64,000 bases of DNA, from the NCBI GenBank assembly GCA_017886895.1, contig JAGHJD010000078.1, positions 10,355 through 74,354 on the forward strand, given 5' to 3'. The position numbers were made by a program, and so were the translations under genes. The stretch is from Clostridia bacterium (GTDB lineage Bacteria > Bacillota > Clostridia > Christensenellales > Borkfalkiaceae). Under the pieces are notes generated by a model that searched no databases, was not told where the DNA came from, and saw nothing but the letters and a program-made list of their open reading frames with translations. Below are positions 47,371-57,883 of this stretch, piece after piece; positions within the stretch are counted from its first letter, which is position 1; each line of letters starts with the position of its first letter.

Positions 47371-49644
47371 ATGAAGACATCCGTCATCGGCTATCCTCGC
47401 GTAGGAAGCTTACGCGAACTCAAATTTGCAAGCGAAAAATACTTCCGCGGCGAGATCTCTGCGGCAGACTTGCAGGAAACGGCGAAATCGCTTCGCGCGG
47501 CGCACATTGCGGCGCAAAGGAAAAACGGCGTAGACTTCATCCCCTGCAACGATTTTTCCTTCTACGACACCGTGCTCGACGCGGCGGTACTGCTCGGCGC
47601 GGTGCCCGTACGCTATAAAGCGCTCGGGCTCTCCCCTCTCGACACCTATTTCGCAATGGCGCGCGGCTACCAGGGCAAAAACGGCGACGTTAAGGCGCTC
47701 GCCATGAAGAAGTGGTTCAACACGAACTACCACTATATGGTGCCCGAGCTCGACGACGACACCGCGATCGCCCTGCACGCGGAAAAGCCGCTCGCGGAAC
47801 TTGCTGAGGCAAAAGCCGCCGGCGTGCAGACGAAACCCGTCGTCTGCGGTGCATTCACCTTCCTCAAACTTGCGCGCTGCACGGGCGAAAAGACGGCTGC
47901 GGACTTTGCACGGCAGACTGCTGCCGCATACGGCGAACTGCTCGGAAAGCTCGCCGCCGCGGGCGCCGAATGGGTACAGTTCGACGAACCCGCACTCGTG
48001 CGCGACCTTACCGCAGAGGACAAAAAGCTCTTCACTTCGCTGTATGAAGAGATCCTTGCGCAGAAAGGCAGCGCGAAAGTGCTTGTACAGACCTATTTCG
48101 GCGACGTGCGCGACTGCTATAAGGAGCTCTGCGCGCTCCCCCTCGACGGCATCGGGCTGGACTTCCTCGAAGGGCGCGAGAGCTTTGCGCTCGTCGAAAA
48201 ATACGGTTTCCCTGCCGACAAAGTCCTCTTCGCGGGGCTTGTCAACGGCAAAAATATCTGGAAAAACAACTACGCAACCACCGTCGCCGCCGTACAGAAA
48301 CTGCAAAAAACGGGCGCGGAGGTCGTGCTCTCTACCTCCTGTTCGCTACTGCACGTGCCCTACACGCTGCGCAACGAGACGAAACTCTCCGCCGAATACA
48401 CGGAGCGGTTCGCCTTTGCGGAGGAAAAACTCGGAGAGCTGTGCGAACTGAAAGAGATCCTCGCGGCAGCGGCACCCGAAAAATGCGCCGCCTATCAGAA
48501 AAACGCCGCGCTGTTCGCACGCGAGCGTGGCGGCAAAAACGCCGCCGTGCAGGCAAAGGTCGCGGCAATCAAAGAGAGCGACTATACCCGCCTGCCCGCC
48601 TTCGAGGTGCGCGAAGCGATCCAGAAAGAGCGTTTTGCCCTTCCCCTTTTGCCCACGACGACGATCGGCTCCTTCCCGCAGACGGCGGACGTCAAAGCCA
48701 ACCGCGCGGCATTCAAAAAGGGAGAGATCACAAAGGCGGAGTACGACACCTTCAACCGCAAAAAGATCGCGGAGTGCGTCGCCCTGCAGGAGAAGATCGG
48801 GCTGGACGTGCTTGTGCACGGCGAATACGAGCGCAACGACATGGTGGAATACTTCGGCGAATGCCTGAGCGGGTTCCTCTTTACCGAAAAGGCGTGGGTG
48901 CAGTCCTACGGCACCCGCTGCGTAAAGCCGCCCATCGTCTGGGGCGACGTCTCCCGCGAAAAGCCGATGACCGTCGAATGGTCGGTCTATGCGCAGAGCC
49001 TCACGGAAAAGCCGATGAAGGGCATGCTGACGGGCCCCGTCACCATCCTCAACTGGTCCTTCCCGCGCGAGGACATCACGCTGCGCGAATGCGCGCTGCA
49101 GATCGCGCTGGCGATCCGCGAAGAGGTGCTCGACCTCGAGGCAAACGGGCTGAAGATCATCCAGATCGACGAGGCGGCGCTGCGCGAAAAACTGCCGCTC
49201 CGCAAGAGCGACTGGGAGAGCGACTACCTCTCCTGGGCGATCCCCGCATTCCGCCTCGTGCACAGCGGCGTGAAAGCGGAAACACAGATCCACACGCACA
49301 TGTGTTACAGCGAATTTACGGACATCATCCCCGCGATCGACAGCATGGATGCGGACGTCATCACCTTCGAGGCGTCGCGCTCCGACCTGCTCATCCTCGA
49401 CGCGCTCAAGGCGAACAACTTCCGCACCGAAGTGGGTCCCGGGGTCTACGACATCCACTCCCCGCGCGTCCCCTCCGTCGAAGAGATCAAGGGCGCGCTC
49501 AGAAAGATGCTGGAAAAGATCCCCGCGAAAAAACTTTGGGTCAACCCTGATTGCGGCTTAAAAACGCGCGGCGTCGAAGAGACGATCCCCAGCCTCGAAC
49601 ACCTTGTGGAGGCGGCAAAGCAGCTCAGAAATGAAAACCTGTGA
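47371..49644 (+). CDS. metE: Cobalamin-independent methionine synthase
   Basis: [45 protein letters not shown]. Confidence 0.97.
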   Translation: MKTSVIGYPRVGSLRELKFASEKYFRGEISAADLQETAKSLRAAHIAAQRKNGVDFIPCNDFSFYDTVLDAAVLLGAVPVRYKALGLSPLDTYFAMARGYQGKNGDVKALAMKKWFNTNYHYMVPELDDDTAIALHAEKPLAELAEAKAAGVQTKPVVCGAFTFLKLARCTGEKTAADFARQTAAAYGELLGKLAAAGAEWVQFDEPALVRDLTAEDKKLFTSLYEEILAQKGSAKVLVQTYFGDVRDCYKELCALPLDGIGLDFLEGRESFALVEKYGFPADKVLFAGLVNGKNIWKNNYATTVAAVQKLQKTGAEVVLSTSCSLLHVPYTLRNETKLSAEYTERFAFAEEKLGELCELKEILAAAAPEKCAAYQKNAALFARERGGKNAAVQAKVAAIKESDYTRLPAFEVREAIQKERFALPLLPTTTIGSFPQTADVKANRAAFKKGEITKAEYDTFNRKKIAECVALQEKIGLDVLVHGEYERNDMVEYFGECLSGFLFTEKAWVQSYGTRCVKPPIVWGDVSREKPMTVEWSVYAQSLTEKPMKGMLTGPVTILNWSFPREDITLRECALQIALAIREEVLDLEANGLKIIQIDEAALREKLPLRKSDWESDYLSWAIPAFRLVHSGVKAETQIHTHMCYSEFTDIIPAIDSMDADVITFEASRSDLLILDALKANNFRTEVGPGVYDIHSPRVPSVEEIKGALRKMLEKIPAKKLWVNPDCGLKTRGVEETIPSLEHLVEAAKQLRNENL

Positions 49645-50491
49645 CCTCTTCAAAAAAAAGACCGTGCTCTCCTTCGAGGTCTTCCCCCCGAAACGCACGG
49701 ATGCCGTCGATACGGTTTACACCACCGTCGCCGCACTCAAAGAGCTTTCGCCGGACTTCATCAGCGTGACGTACGGCGCGGGCGGCGGACGCGCGACCTG
49801 CGAGGCAACGCTCGCCATTGCATCGGCGATCAAACATGAGTACGGCATCGAGAGCGTGGCGCACCTGCCCTGCATCGGTCTGACAAAAGCGGAGGCGGCA
49901 AGCCAGCTCGAGCGGTTTAAAGAGGCGGGCATCGAGAATATCCTTGCGCTGCGCGGCGATATGCCCGAAGGCGGCACGCCCGCCGGTGACTTCGCGCATG
50001 CGAACGAGCTCATCTCCTTTATCCGCGAGCGGTACGACTTCAACCTCATCGCCGCCTGCTATCCCGAGGGGCACACGGAATCGGAGAGCGTGCTTGCGGA
50101 CATCGGACACCTGAAAAACAAGATCGACGCGGGCGCGACGCAGCTCATCTCCCAGCTCTTTTTCGACAACGATTACTTTTACAGATTTCTGGAGCGCTGC
50201 CGCCTTGCGGGGATCGGCGTGCCCATCGAGGCGGGCATCATGCCCGTCGCGAACAAAAAGCAGATCGAACGCATGGTCACCTTATGCGGCGTGACGCTCC
50301 CGAAGAAATTTTCTGCGATGATGTCCCGCTACGAAAACGACCCAGAGGCAATGCGCGACGCAGGGATCGCCTACGCCGTCGACCAGATCGTCGACCTGAT
50401 CGCACAGGGCGTGGACGGCATTCACCTCTATACGATGAACAATCCGTACATTGCCCGCCGCATCCACGAGGCGGTGCACAGACTGCTGTAA
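49631..50491 (+). CDS. metF: Methylenetetrahydrofolate reductase
   Basis: [37 protein letters not shown]. Confidence 0.95.
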   Translation: MKTCDLFKKKTVLSFEVFPPKRTDAVDTVYTTVAALKELSPDFISVTYGAGGGRATCEATLAIASAIKHEYGIESVAHLPCIGLTKAEAASQLERFKEAGIENILALRGDMPEGGTPAGDFAHANELISFIRERYDFNLIAACYPEGHTESESVLADIGHLKNKIDAGATQLISQLFFDNDYFYRFLERCRLAGIGVPIEAGIMPVANKKQIERMVTLCGVTLPKKFSAMMSRYENDPEAMRDAGIAYAVDQIVDLIAQGVDGIHLYTMNNPYIARRIHEAVHRLL

Positions 50492-50507
50492 AAAGCGTTC
50501 TGAAACA

Positions 50508-50558
50508 AATTGCGCGGGAGTTCTGCGAAACAGCAGAACTCCCGCGCAATTCTTTTTT
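50508..50558. terminator. Bidirectional terminator with a 19-bp perfect stem
   Basis: AATTGCGCGGGAGTTCTGC-gaaaca-GCAGAACTCCCGCGCAATT followed by cT6. Confidence 0.8.
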
Positions 50559-50560
50559 GC

Positions 50561-51484
50561 TCAGGATAAGAGCGCAAACCCGTCCGCCGCGATCAGCCGT
50601 TTCAGCTCCGCAAGATATTCCCTTGCACAACTGCCTATCGGCGCCTTTTCGCTGACGACGTACCCGACGCGCATACGCTCTTCCGTGCGCAGCTTAACGG
50701 AGACAATGTTGTCGCCGTTTAAATTTCTGTTCAGCACGCCCGTGCAGATCGTATAGCCGTTCAGCCCGATGAGGAGATTGAACAGCGTCGCCCTGTCGCT
50801 GACGTGAATGCGTTTCTTGTGCGGCTCTGTGCTCAGAATCTCCTCCGAAAAATAGAAGGAGTTGTACGCGCCCTGCTCGAACACGAGGCAGGGATATTCC
50901 TCCAATTCGGAAAGTTCTATCTCGCTCCTGCCCGCGAGCGGGTGCACGCTGCTCAGAAAGACGTGTGGCTCCGCCTCGAACAGAGGCGTATAGCGGAGCG
51001 ATTTCTCTTTGAACAGGTTCCGGAGTACCTTTTCGTTGAATGCGCTCAGATACAGAATGCCGATCTCGCTCTGAAAATTCGCCACGTCCTCTATGATCTC
51101 ATAGGTGCGCGTCTCGCGCAGCGTGAACTCGTATTCGTCCGTTTCGAGCGAAGAGATGAGGTTCACGAACGCATTGACGGCAAAGGCGTAGTGCTGGGTG
51201 GAAATGCGGCAGAGCTGCTTTGCGGGCTTTTTATGCTTATAGCGCTCCTCCAAAAGCTGCGTCTGGTCGAGGATCTGGCGGGCATAAGAGAGAAACTCCG
51301 TCCCCTCCGGCGAAAGCGCAATTCCCCGCGGCGTGCGGCGGAAGATCTCGATCCCGAGCTCTGCCTCCAGCTCTTTGACGGACGCGGATAGGCTGGGCTG
51401 CGCAACGAACAGTTGGCGTGCCGCCTCCGTGATCGACCCGCACTGCGCGATCCGCACTACATACCGAAGCTGCTGAATGGTCAT
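50561..51484 (-). CDS. LysR family regulator (MtaR/MetR-like)
   Basis: QQLRY, GSITEAA, QPSLS HTH; STQHYAF, YFSEE, DRATLFNL; next to metE-metF. Confidence 0.88.
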   Translation of the reverse strand: MTIQQLRYVVRIAQCGSITEAARQLFVAQPSLSASVKELEAELGIEIFRRTPRGIALSPEGTEFLSYARQILDQTQLLEERYKHKKPAKQLCRISTQHYAFAVNAFVNLISSLETDEYEFTLRETRTYEIIEDVANFQSEIGILYLSAFNEKVLRNLFKEKSLRYTPLFEAEPHVFLSSVHPLAGRSEIELSELEEYPCLVFEQGAYNSFYFSEEILSTEPHKKRIHVSDRATLFNLLIGLNGYTICTGVLNRNLNGDNIVSVKLRTEERMRVGYVVSEKAPIGSCAREYLAELKRLIAADGFALLS

Positions 51485-51504
51485 GCCGTTCCCCTCCTTC
51501 ATCC

Positions 51505-51533
51505 ATTATAGCAGTTCACTGCAAAAAAAGCAA
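51505..51533 (-). promoter_or_regulatory. sigmaA promoter of the LysR gene
   Basis: TTGCTT-17-TATAAT with TGn extension. Confidence 0.65.
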
Positions 51534-51545
51534 TCGGCACAGTTG

Positions 51546-51580
51546 AAAATGCCCGCGGCAAACATTGTTTGCCGCGGGCA
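51546..51580 (-). terminator. pur operon terminator
   Basis: Inverted repeat TGCCCGCGGCAAAC...GTTTGCCGCGGGCA followed by T4 on minus strand. Confidence 0.75.
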
Positions 51581-51599
51581 AGCTTAGGTATATATTTTC

Positions 51600-54500
51600 C
51601 TATTTGAAATAGCGGACGCCGCTCTCGAAGAGTTTCATGTCGAGGACGGGCGGGCAATTCTTGTACAGGTTCTCACCCGTGCGCTCGGTGTGCCCCATCT
51701 TGCCCAGCACCCTGCCGTCGGGCGAAGTGATGCCCTCGATCGCCCATACGGAGCCGTTCGGATTGAACGGATACTGCATGGTGGGTGCACCGCTCAGGTC
51801 GCAGTACTGTGTGGCGACCTGCCCGTTTTTGCGCAGGCTCTCGAGCGCGTCTGCGGGCGCCACGAACTTGCCCTCGCCATGCGAAACAGGAACGGAGAAC
51901 ACGTCGCCGACGCTGCATGCCGAAAGCCAGGGGCTCTTTACGGACGCGACGCGGATATTCACGAGCCGCGAGACGTGCCTTGCAATATTGTTATAGGTCA
52001 GCGTCGGGCTTTCGGCTACAAGCGGACGAATCTCGCCGTACGGCACAAGCCCGAGTTTGACAAGCGCCTGGAACCCGTTGCAGATGCCGAGAGCCAGCCC
52101 GTCGCGCACTTTCAGGAGTTTTTCAAGCTCGTCCGCAATGCGCGGGTTGCGGAAGGTCGTGGCAATAAACTTGCCGCTGCCGTCCGGCTCGTCGCCGCCC
52201 GAGAATCCGCCGGGGAATGCGACGATATTCGCGCGCGAAATGGCGGCTGCGATCGCCTGCACGCTCTCTTCAATATCCTGCGCGGAGCGGTTCCTGACAA
52301 CAATAATTTCGGGTTCCGCGCCCGCAAGTCTGAACTTGCGCGCCGTGTCGAGCTCGCAGTTCGTGCCGGGGAATGCGGGGATAAAGACGCGCGGCTTTGC
52401 CGCCTTTGCGCCGATATGCACCGTCTTTGCCTTCGCCGCAAAGTCACAGCAAGGCACGTCGCCCTGCGCGGGCGCGGCGTTGGTAAATACCGAGGCAAGC
52501 GTCCCGCCGAATGCCTGTTCCGCCTCCGCAAAGGAGACCGACACCTTTCCGCAGGCGAACCCCTCCCCCGCCGTTTCGCCGACGTAGACTGCCTCGGGGA
52601 AGGCAGACGCATCTTTGAGCGAAACGAGCAGATCGCCGTAGCACTCAGTGAACAGATCGCCCGCGGCAAACGCAAAGCCCAGCCCGTTGCCGAGGCAGGA
52701 TTTCACGATCGCTGCCGCCGTGCCGCCCTTTTCGGCGACGGTGGCAAAGACAATGTTCCCGCTCTCAATATTTGCGCGCACCCTGCGGCAGAGCGCGGCG
52801 TAGGCGGCAAAATCGGGAATGAAATGCGCGTCCTTCGGGACGGGCAGGCGGTACACCTTCGTGCCCGTCTCCGTAAAGACGTTGGTGATGAGTTTGCCCG
52901 CCCGTTCGGGTGCGAGCGCAAAGGAGATGAGCGTGGGCGGTACGTCGATGTGCTCGAAGGTGCCGCTCATGCTGTCCTTGCCGCCGATGGCGCCCAGCCC
53001 CAGCCCGATCTGTGCGTACAGCGCGCCGAGGAGCGCCGCGAGCGGCACACCCCAGCGCTTGGGGTCGGTGCCGAGCCGCATAAAGAATTCCTGGAAGGTG
53101 AGGCGGATGCGGTCAAAATCGCACCCCGCCGCAACGAGCTTGGAGACGGAACCGATGACCGAATAGATCGCGCCCGTGAACGGCGAGGCGCTCATCAGCT
53201 CGGGCGAATAACCGTAGGCGGAAACGGTCGCCATGTCCGTCTCGCCGCCGACCAACTTTGCCGCCATCGCGATGACGGGCGTGAGCTGGTTCTTTCCGCC
53301 GAAAGGCATGTACACGCTGCGCGCGCCGATGGTCGAGTCGAACATCTCCGAGAGCCCCTGTTTGGAGCAGACGTTGAGCGAAGAGAGCGCCGAAAGCAGC
53401 CCGCCGCGGAAATCGACGTCCTTTTCATCGAAGAAGTGCGTCGTATTGTCCGCGATCTCCGCGTCCGTCACCTGTTTTACGCCGTTCGTATCGAGAAAAT
53501 CGCGGGACAGATCGACAATTGCTCGGCCCTTGAAGAACATCTTCATGCGACGGTCGTCCGTGACCGTCGCGACGGGCGTTGCGTCGAGGTTCTCCTCCGC
53601 GGCAAGGCGGATAAATTCCGCGACGTCCTCCTTTGCGACGACGACCGCCATGCGCTCCTGCGATTCGGAGATGGCAAGTTCGGTGCCCGAGAGCCCCTCG
53701 TATTTGAGCGGAACTTTGTCAAGCTCGATGACGAGCCCGTCCGAAAGTTCGCCGATGGCGACGGAGACGCCGCCCGCGCCGAAGTCGTTGCACTTTTTGA
53801 TGCGGCGGGTCGCCTCTTTGTTCAGAAACAGCCGCTGCAGCTTGCGCTCGGTGAGAGGGTTGCCCTTCTGCACTTCCGCGCCGCAGGTCTCCACAGAATG
53901 CGCGTCGTGCGCCTTGGATGAACCCGTTGCACCGCCGCAGCCGTCGCGCCCCGTCTCGCCGCCGAGCAGGATGATGACATCCCCCGCCTTCGGCTTTTCG
54001 CGGTACACCATGTCGCGCGGCGCGCCGCCGACGACAAAGCCCGTCTCCAGCCGTTTCGCCTTGTAGCCGGGGTGGTACACTTCATCTACAATGCCCGTCG
54101 CAAGCCCGATCTGGTTGCCGTAGGAGGAAAAGCCCGCCGCCGCGGTGCGCGTGATGACGCGCTGCGGAAGTTTGCCGGGGAGAGTATCCTCCAGCTTTTC
54201 GCGCGGGTCGGCGCTGCCCGTGATGCGCATCGCCTGATAGACGTACGTCCTGCCCGAGAGCGGGTCGCGGATGGCGCCGCCGAGGCAGGTCGCCGCCACA
54301 CCGAACGGCTCGATCTCCGTCGGGTGGTTGTGCGTCTCGTTCTTGAACATGACGAGGTATTTTTCGGTCTTTCCGTCGATCTCGGCATCGACGCAGATCG
54401 AGCAGGCGTTGATCTCGTCGGACACGTCGAGATCGTCCAGCCTCCCCTCTTTTTTCAGCTTTTTGACCGCGATCGTCGCAACGTCCATGAGGCACGGGTA

Positions 54501-55286
54501 CTTATCCGCGCGCCCGCCGTTGCACTCGTTGAAGAGCTCTTTATACAGATCGTACGCCTTCTGCACGTGCGGATCGTCCGAATCGATGGTCACGTTGCGA
54601 AGTTCGGTGGCAAACGTCGTGTGGCGGCAGTGGTCGGACCAATAGGTATCGATGACCTTGACCTCCGTCTCGGTCGGGTCGCGCCCCTCCTCTTTGAAAT
54701 AGTCGCGCACGAACGCAAGGTCTGCGACGCTCATCGCAAAGCCGTTCTGCTTATGATAGGCTGCGATCTCCTCGTCGCTCATCTTCGTAAAACCGTACAC
54801 GACGGGCACGTCGTGCGTGCTCATGCGCGCACGTTTAAGCGTCCGCGGCTTTTCGAGCGAGACTTCGTTGCTCTCCACGGGGTTGATGAGGTGGTGCTTG
54901 ATACGTGCAAGCTCTTCCGCCGAAACGCCCTTTACGCAGATGACGCGCGCGCACTTGACGAGCGGGCGCTCCTTCTGCGTCAGAAGCTGCACGCACTGCG
55001 CGGCACTGTCCGCGCGCTGGTCGTACTGCCCGTCCAGAAATGCAATGGCAAAGACGGAATACCCCGCCGCAACGGGCAGCTCTTCGCGGTAGACCGTATC
55101 TACGGGCGGCTCGGAAAAGACGCCCGCGACCGCCTGTTCAAACTCCTCTTCCGAGATGCCTTCGACGTCGTAGCGGATGACTTCGCGCACGTCCTCGGCA
55201 TGGATGCCGAGCTGCGCCGCAAGGTCGTCCCTGATCTTTTTCGCCTGTAAATTGTCTTTCTTTTCAACAAAGATCCTGTAAATCAT
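51600..55286 (-). CDS. purL: Phosphoribosylformylglycinamidine synthase (large single-chain form)
   Basis: WSDHCRH, KNETHNHPT, DFGAGG, SESQERM, GICNGFQ, SHGEG, MGHTER. Confidence 0.96.
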   Translation of the reverse strand: MIYRIFVEKKDNLQAKKIRDDLAAQLGIHAEDVREVIRYDVEGISEEEFEQAVAGVFSEPPVDTVYREELPVAAGYSVFAIAFLDGQYDQRADSAAQCVQLLTQKERPLVKCARVICVKGVSAEELARIKHHLINPVESNEVSLEKPRTLKRARMSTHDVPVVYGFTKMSDEEIAAYHKQNGFAMSVADLAFVRDYFKEEGRDPTETEVKVIDTYWSDHCRHTTFATELRNVTIDSDDPHVQKAYDLYKELFNECNGGRADKYPCLMDVATIAVKKLKKEGRLDDLDVSDEINACSICVDAEIDGKTEKYLVMFKNETHNHPTEIEPFGVAATCLGGAIRDPLSGRTYVYQAMRITGSADPREKLEDTLPGKLPQRVITRTAAAGFSSYGNQIGLATGIVDEVYHPGYKAKRLETGFVVGGAPRDMVYREKPKAGDVIILLGGETGRDGCGGATGSSKAHDAHSVETCGAEVQKGNPLTERKLQRLFLNKEATRRIKKCNDFGAGGVSVAIGELSDGLVIELDKVPLKYEGLSGTELAISESQERMAVVVAKEDVAEFIRLAAEENLDATPVATVTDDRRMKMFFKGRAIVDLSRDFLDTNGVKQVTDAEIADNTTHFFDEKDVDFRGGLLSALSSLNVCSKQGLSEMFDSTIGARSVYMPFGGKNQLTPVIAMAAKLVGGETDMATVSAYGYSPELMSASPFTGAIYSVIGSVSKLVAAGCDFDRIRLTFQEFFMRLGTDPKRWGVPLAALLGALYAQIGLGLGAIGGKDSMSGTFEHIDVPPTLISFALAPERAGKLITNVFTETGTKVYRLPVPKDAHFIPDFAAYAALCRRVRANIESGNIVFATVAEKGGTAAAIVKSCLGNGLGFAFAAGDLFTECYGDLLVSLKDASAFPEAVYVGETAGEGFACGKVSVSFAEAEQAFGGTLASVFTNAAPAQGDVPCCDFAAKAKTVHIGAKAAKPRVFIPAFPGTNCELDTARKFRLAGAEPEIIVVRNRSAQDIEESVQAIAAAISRANIVAFPGGFSGGDEPDGSGKFIATTFRNPRIADELEKLLKVRDGLALGICNGFQALVKLGLVPYGEIRPLVAESPTLTYNNIARHVSRLVNIRVASVKSPWLSACSVGDVFSVPVSHGEGKFVAPADALESLRKNGQVATQYCDLSGAPTMQYPFNPNGSVWAIEGITSPDGRVLGKMGHTERTGENLYKNCPPVLDMKLFESGVRYFK

Positions 55287-55289
55287 CGC

Positions 55290-56573
55290 TTACACCCCGC
55301 TGTTGTATTTGATGCCTATATCGGTGCGGAACTGCTTTCCCTCAAACTCGATATTCGCCGCCGCAGCGTATGCCTTTTTGCGCGCCTCGGCAACCGTACG
55401 CCCCTTTGCGCAGACGTTGAGCACCCTGCCGCCGTTCGTCTTTAAAACGCCGTCTTCGCGCTTTGTCCCCGCATGGTACAAAAAGGCGTCACCGAGGTCG
55501 CCGACCGCGATCGGTTTCCCCTTTTCGTAATGCTGCGGATAGCCGCCGCTCGCGAGCACGACGCAGACGCACGCGCCGTCCTCCCATTCGATGTTCACAT
55601 CCGCGAGCCGACCGTCGGTGACCGCCTCGAAGATCGTGAGAAGATCGGTCTTCAACATGGGCAGTACGACCTGCGTTTCGGGGTCGCCGAACCGCGCGTT
55701 GTACTCCACGACCTTCATGCCCTCGGGCGTGCGCATCAGCCCGCAGTAGAGCACGCCCTTGAAGGGCCGCCCCTCCGCGTTCATGGCGGCGACCGTCGGG
55801 AGCAGGATCTTTTCGCGCACCTCGTCCGCGATCTCCTGCGTGTAGAACGGACAGGGCGTAAAAGTGCCCATCCCGCCCGTGTTCAGCCCTTTGTCCCCGT
55901 CCTGCGCGCGCTTATGGTCGCAGCTCGGGAGCATGGGCACGATGGTCTTTCCGTCCGTAAAGCAGAGCACGGAGACCTCCTCCCCGGGGGTGAACTCCTT
56001 GCCTCTGAGAAACTCCTCGACGACGAGCGTATTGCCCGCTGTGCCGAACGCCTTGTCGAGCATGATCTGTTTCAGCCCCGCCTCCGCCTCTGCGAGCGTC
56101 TCGCAGATGAGGACGCCCTTGCCGAGCGCAAGCCCGTCCGCTTTCAGGACGACGGGGAACTTCCCGCCGCGCACATACGCGAGCGCCTTGTCGTAATCGG
56201 TGAACACCTCATACGCCGCCGTGGGGATGCCGTACTTTTTCATGAGCCCTTTGGCAAAACTCTTGCTCGCCTCGATCTGCGCCGCGGCTCTGTTCGGCCC
56301 GAACGCGCGGTGCCCGCGCGCCTCGAGCGCGTCCACGAGCCCCGCCGCGAGCGGGTCGTCGGGTGCGACGACGGTATATTCCACGTCTTTATGCGTATCC
56401 ACCCAGTCGCAGACGGCATCGATATCCATATAATCGACATCCACGCACTCGGCAAGCTCGGCAATGCCGGCATTGCCCTTCATGCAGTAAAGTTTCCCGA
56501 CGCGCGGGCTCTTGGCGAGCGCCGCGACGATCGCGTGCTCCCTGCCGCCGTTTCCTATGACAAGTACGTTCAT
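55290..56573 (-). CDS. purD: Phosphoribosylamine-glycine ligase
   Basis: GNGGREHA, KADGLALGKGV, NTGGMG, EYNARFGDPE. Confidence 0.97.
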   Translation of the reverse strand: MNVLVIGNGGREHAIVAALAKSPRVGKLYCMKGNAGIAELAECVDVDYMDIDAVCDWVDTHKDVEYTVVAPDDPLAAGLVDALEARGHRAFGPNRAAAQIEASKSFAKGLMKKYGIPTAAYEVFTDYDKALAYVRGGKFPVVLKADGLALGKGVLICETLAEAEAGLKQIMLDKAFGTAGNTLVVEEFLRGKEFTPGEEVSVLCFTDGKTIVPMLPSCDHKRAQDGDKGLNTGGMGTFTPCPFYTQEIADEVREKILLPTVAAMNAEGRPFKGVLYCGLMRTPEGMKVVEYNARFGDPETQVVLPMLKTDLLTIFEAVTDGRLADVNIEWEDGACVCVVLASGGYPQHYEKGKPIAVGDLGDAFLYHAGTKREDGVLKTNGGRVLNVCAKGRTVAEARKKAYAAAANIEFEGKQFRTDIGIKYNSGV

Positions 56574-56607
56574 CTGTCCTCCGTGTAACTTTGGTCAACC
56601 GTCTGTT

Positions 56608-56669
56608 TCGGCGCCCCGCAAGCGGGGCAGCCATCAAATCGCAGGATTTGACAGGCACCCGCCTGCCGA
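56608..56669 (-). other. Structured intergenic element (4-way junction) between purH and purD
   Basis: Outer stem TCGGC/GCCGA enclosing three hairpins of 4, 8 and 6 bp. Confidence 0.5.
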
Positions 56670-56685
56670 GAGATCCGCGAACTAT

Positions 56686-57870
56686 TCAGTGATGAAACAG
56701 CCTCATCCCCGTGAACGCCATGGCGATGCCGTATTTGTCGCACGCCTCGATGACGAGATCGTCGCGCACGGAGCCGCCCGGCTGCGCAATGTAGGAGACG
56801 CCGCTCTTTTTGGCGCGCTCGATATTGTCCGAGAACGGGAAGAAGGCATCGCTGCCCAGCGACACGCCCGTGATTTTGGAGAGGTACTCCCTCTGTTCCT
56901 CCTTCGTGAACGGTTCGGGGCGGACGGCGAAATTCTTCTTCCACACGTCGTCGCCGAGCACGTCCTCGTACTCGTCGGAGAGGTACACGTCGATGATATT
57001 GTTCTTATCTGGCCGCCCGATGCCCTCTGCAAATTGCAGCCCGAGCACCTTGTCGCTCTGGCGCAGGTGCCACAGGTCAGCCTTGCTGCCCGCAAGGCGG
57101 GTGCAGTGGATGCGGGACTGCTGCCCCGCGCCCACGCCGATCGCCTGCCCGTCCGCGGCAAAGCAGACGGAGTTGGACTGCGTATATTTGAGCGTGATGA
57201 GCGAGATGATGAGGTCGGTCACCGCATCGGCGGGGATCGTCTTGTTCTTCGTCACGACGTTTTTCAGAAGATCTGCATCGATCTTAAAGTTGTTTCTCCC
57301 CTGCTCGAAGGTCACGCCGAACACCTGCTTGTGTTCGACAAGACCTGGAACATAGTCCCTGTCGATTTTGACGATATTGTAGCCGCCCTTGCGCTTTGCT
57401 TTCAGAATCTCCAGCGCCTTGGGCGAATAGCCGGGCGCGATGATGCCGTCGGACACCTCGCGGGAGATGATCTTCGCCGTCACCTCGTCGCACTCGTCAG
57501 AGAGCGCGATCCAGTCCCCGAAGGAGGACATGCGGTCGGTGCCGCGGGCGCGCGCATAGGCGCAGGCGAGCGGAGAATCGTCCAGCCCCTCGATGTCGTC
57601 CACAAAGCAGGATTTTTTCAGCCTGTCCGAGAGCTTTTTGCCGACGGCAGCCGAAGTCGGGCTGACGTGTTTGAAGGAAGTCGCAGCAACCTGCCCCGTG
57701 CTCTCCTTCAGCTCTTTCACGAGCTGCCAGCTATTGAACGCGTCCAGAAAATTGATATACCCGGGCTTGCCGTTCAGGATCTCGATAGGCAGGTCGGAAC
57801 CGTCCGCCATGAAGATCTTTGCGGGTTTCTGGTTGGGATTGCAGCCGTATTTGAGTTCAAACTCCTTCAT
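56686..57870 (-). CDS. purH: AICAR transformylase (PurH C-terminal domain only)
   Basis: LKYGCNPNQ, FKHVSP, KYTQSNS, GQQSRI, SDAFFPF; no N-terminal IMP cyclohydrolase domain. Confidence 0.9.
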   Translation of the reverse strand: MKEFELKYGCNPNQKPAKIFMADGSDLPIEILNGKPGYINFLDAFNSWQLVKELKESTGQVAATSFKHVSPTSAAVGKKLSDRLKKSCFVDDIEGLDDSPLACAYARARGTDRMSSFGDWIALSDECDEVTAKIISREVSDGIIAPGYSPKALEILKAKRKGGYNIVKIDRDYVPGLVEHKQVFGVTFEQGRNNFKIDADLLKNVVTKNKTIPADAVTDLIISLITLKYTQSNSVCFAADGQAIGVGAGQQSRIHCTRLAGSKADLWHLRQSDKVLGLQFAEGIGRPDKNNIIDVYLSDEYEDVLGDDVWKKNFAVRPEPFTKEEQREYLSKITGVSLGSDAFFPFSDNIERAKKSGVSYIAQPGGSVRDDLVIEACDKYGIAMAFTGMRLFHH

Positions 57871-57883
57871 CTTTATCCCCTCC

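Noticed and set aside
56608-56669. tRNA gene call for the cloverleaf element
   Set aside because: Only 62 nt, 4-nt loops, no TTC T-loop and no 7-nt anticodon loop.
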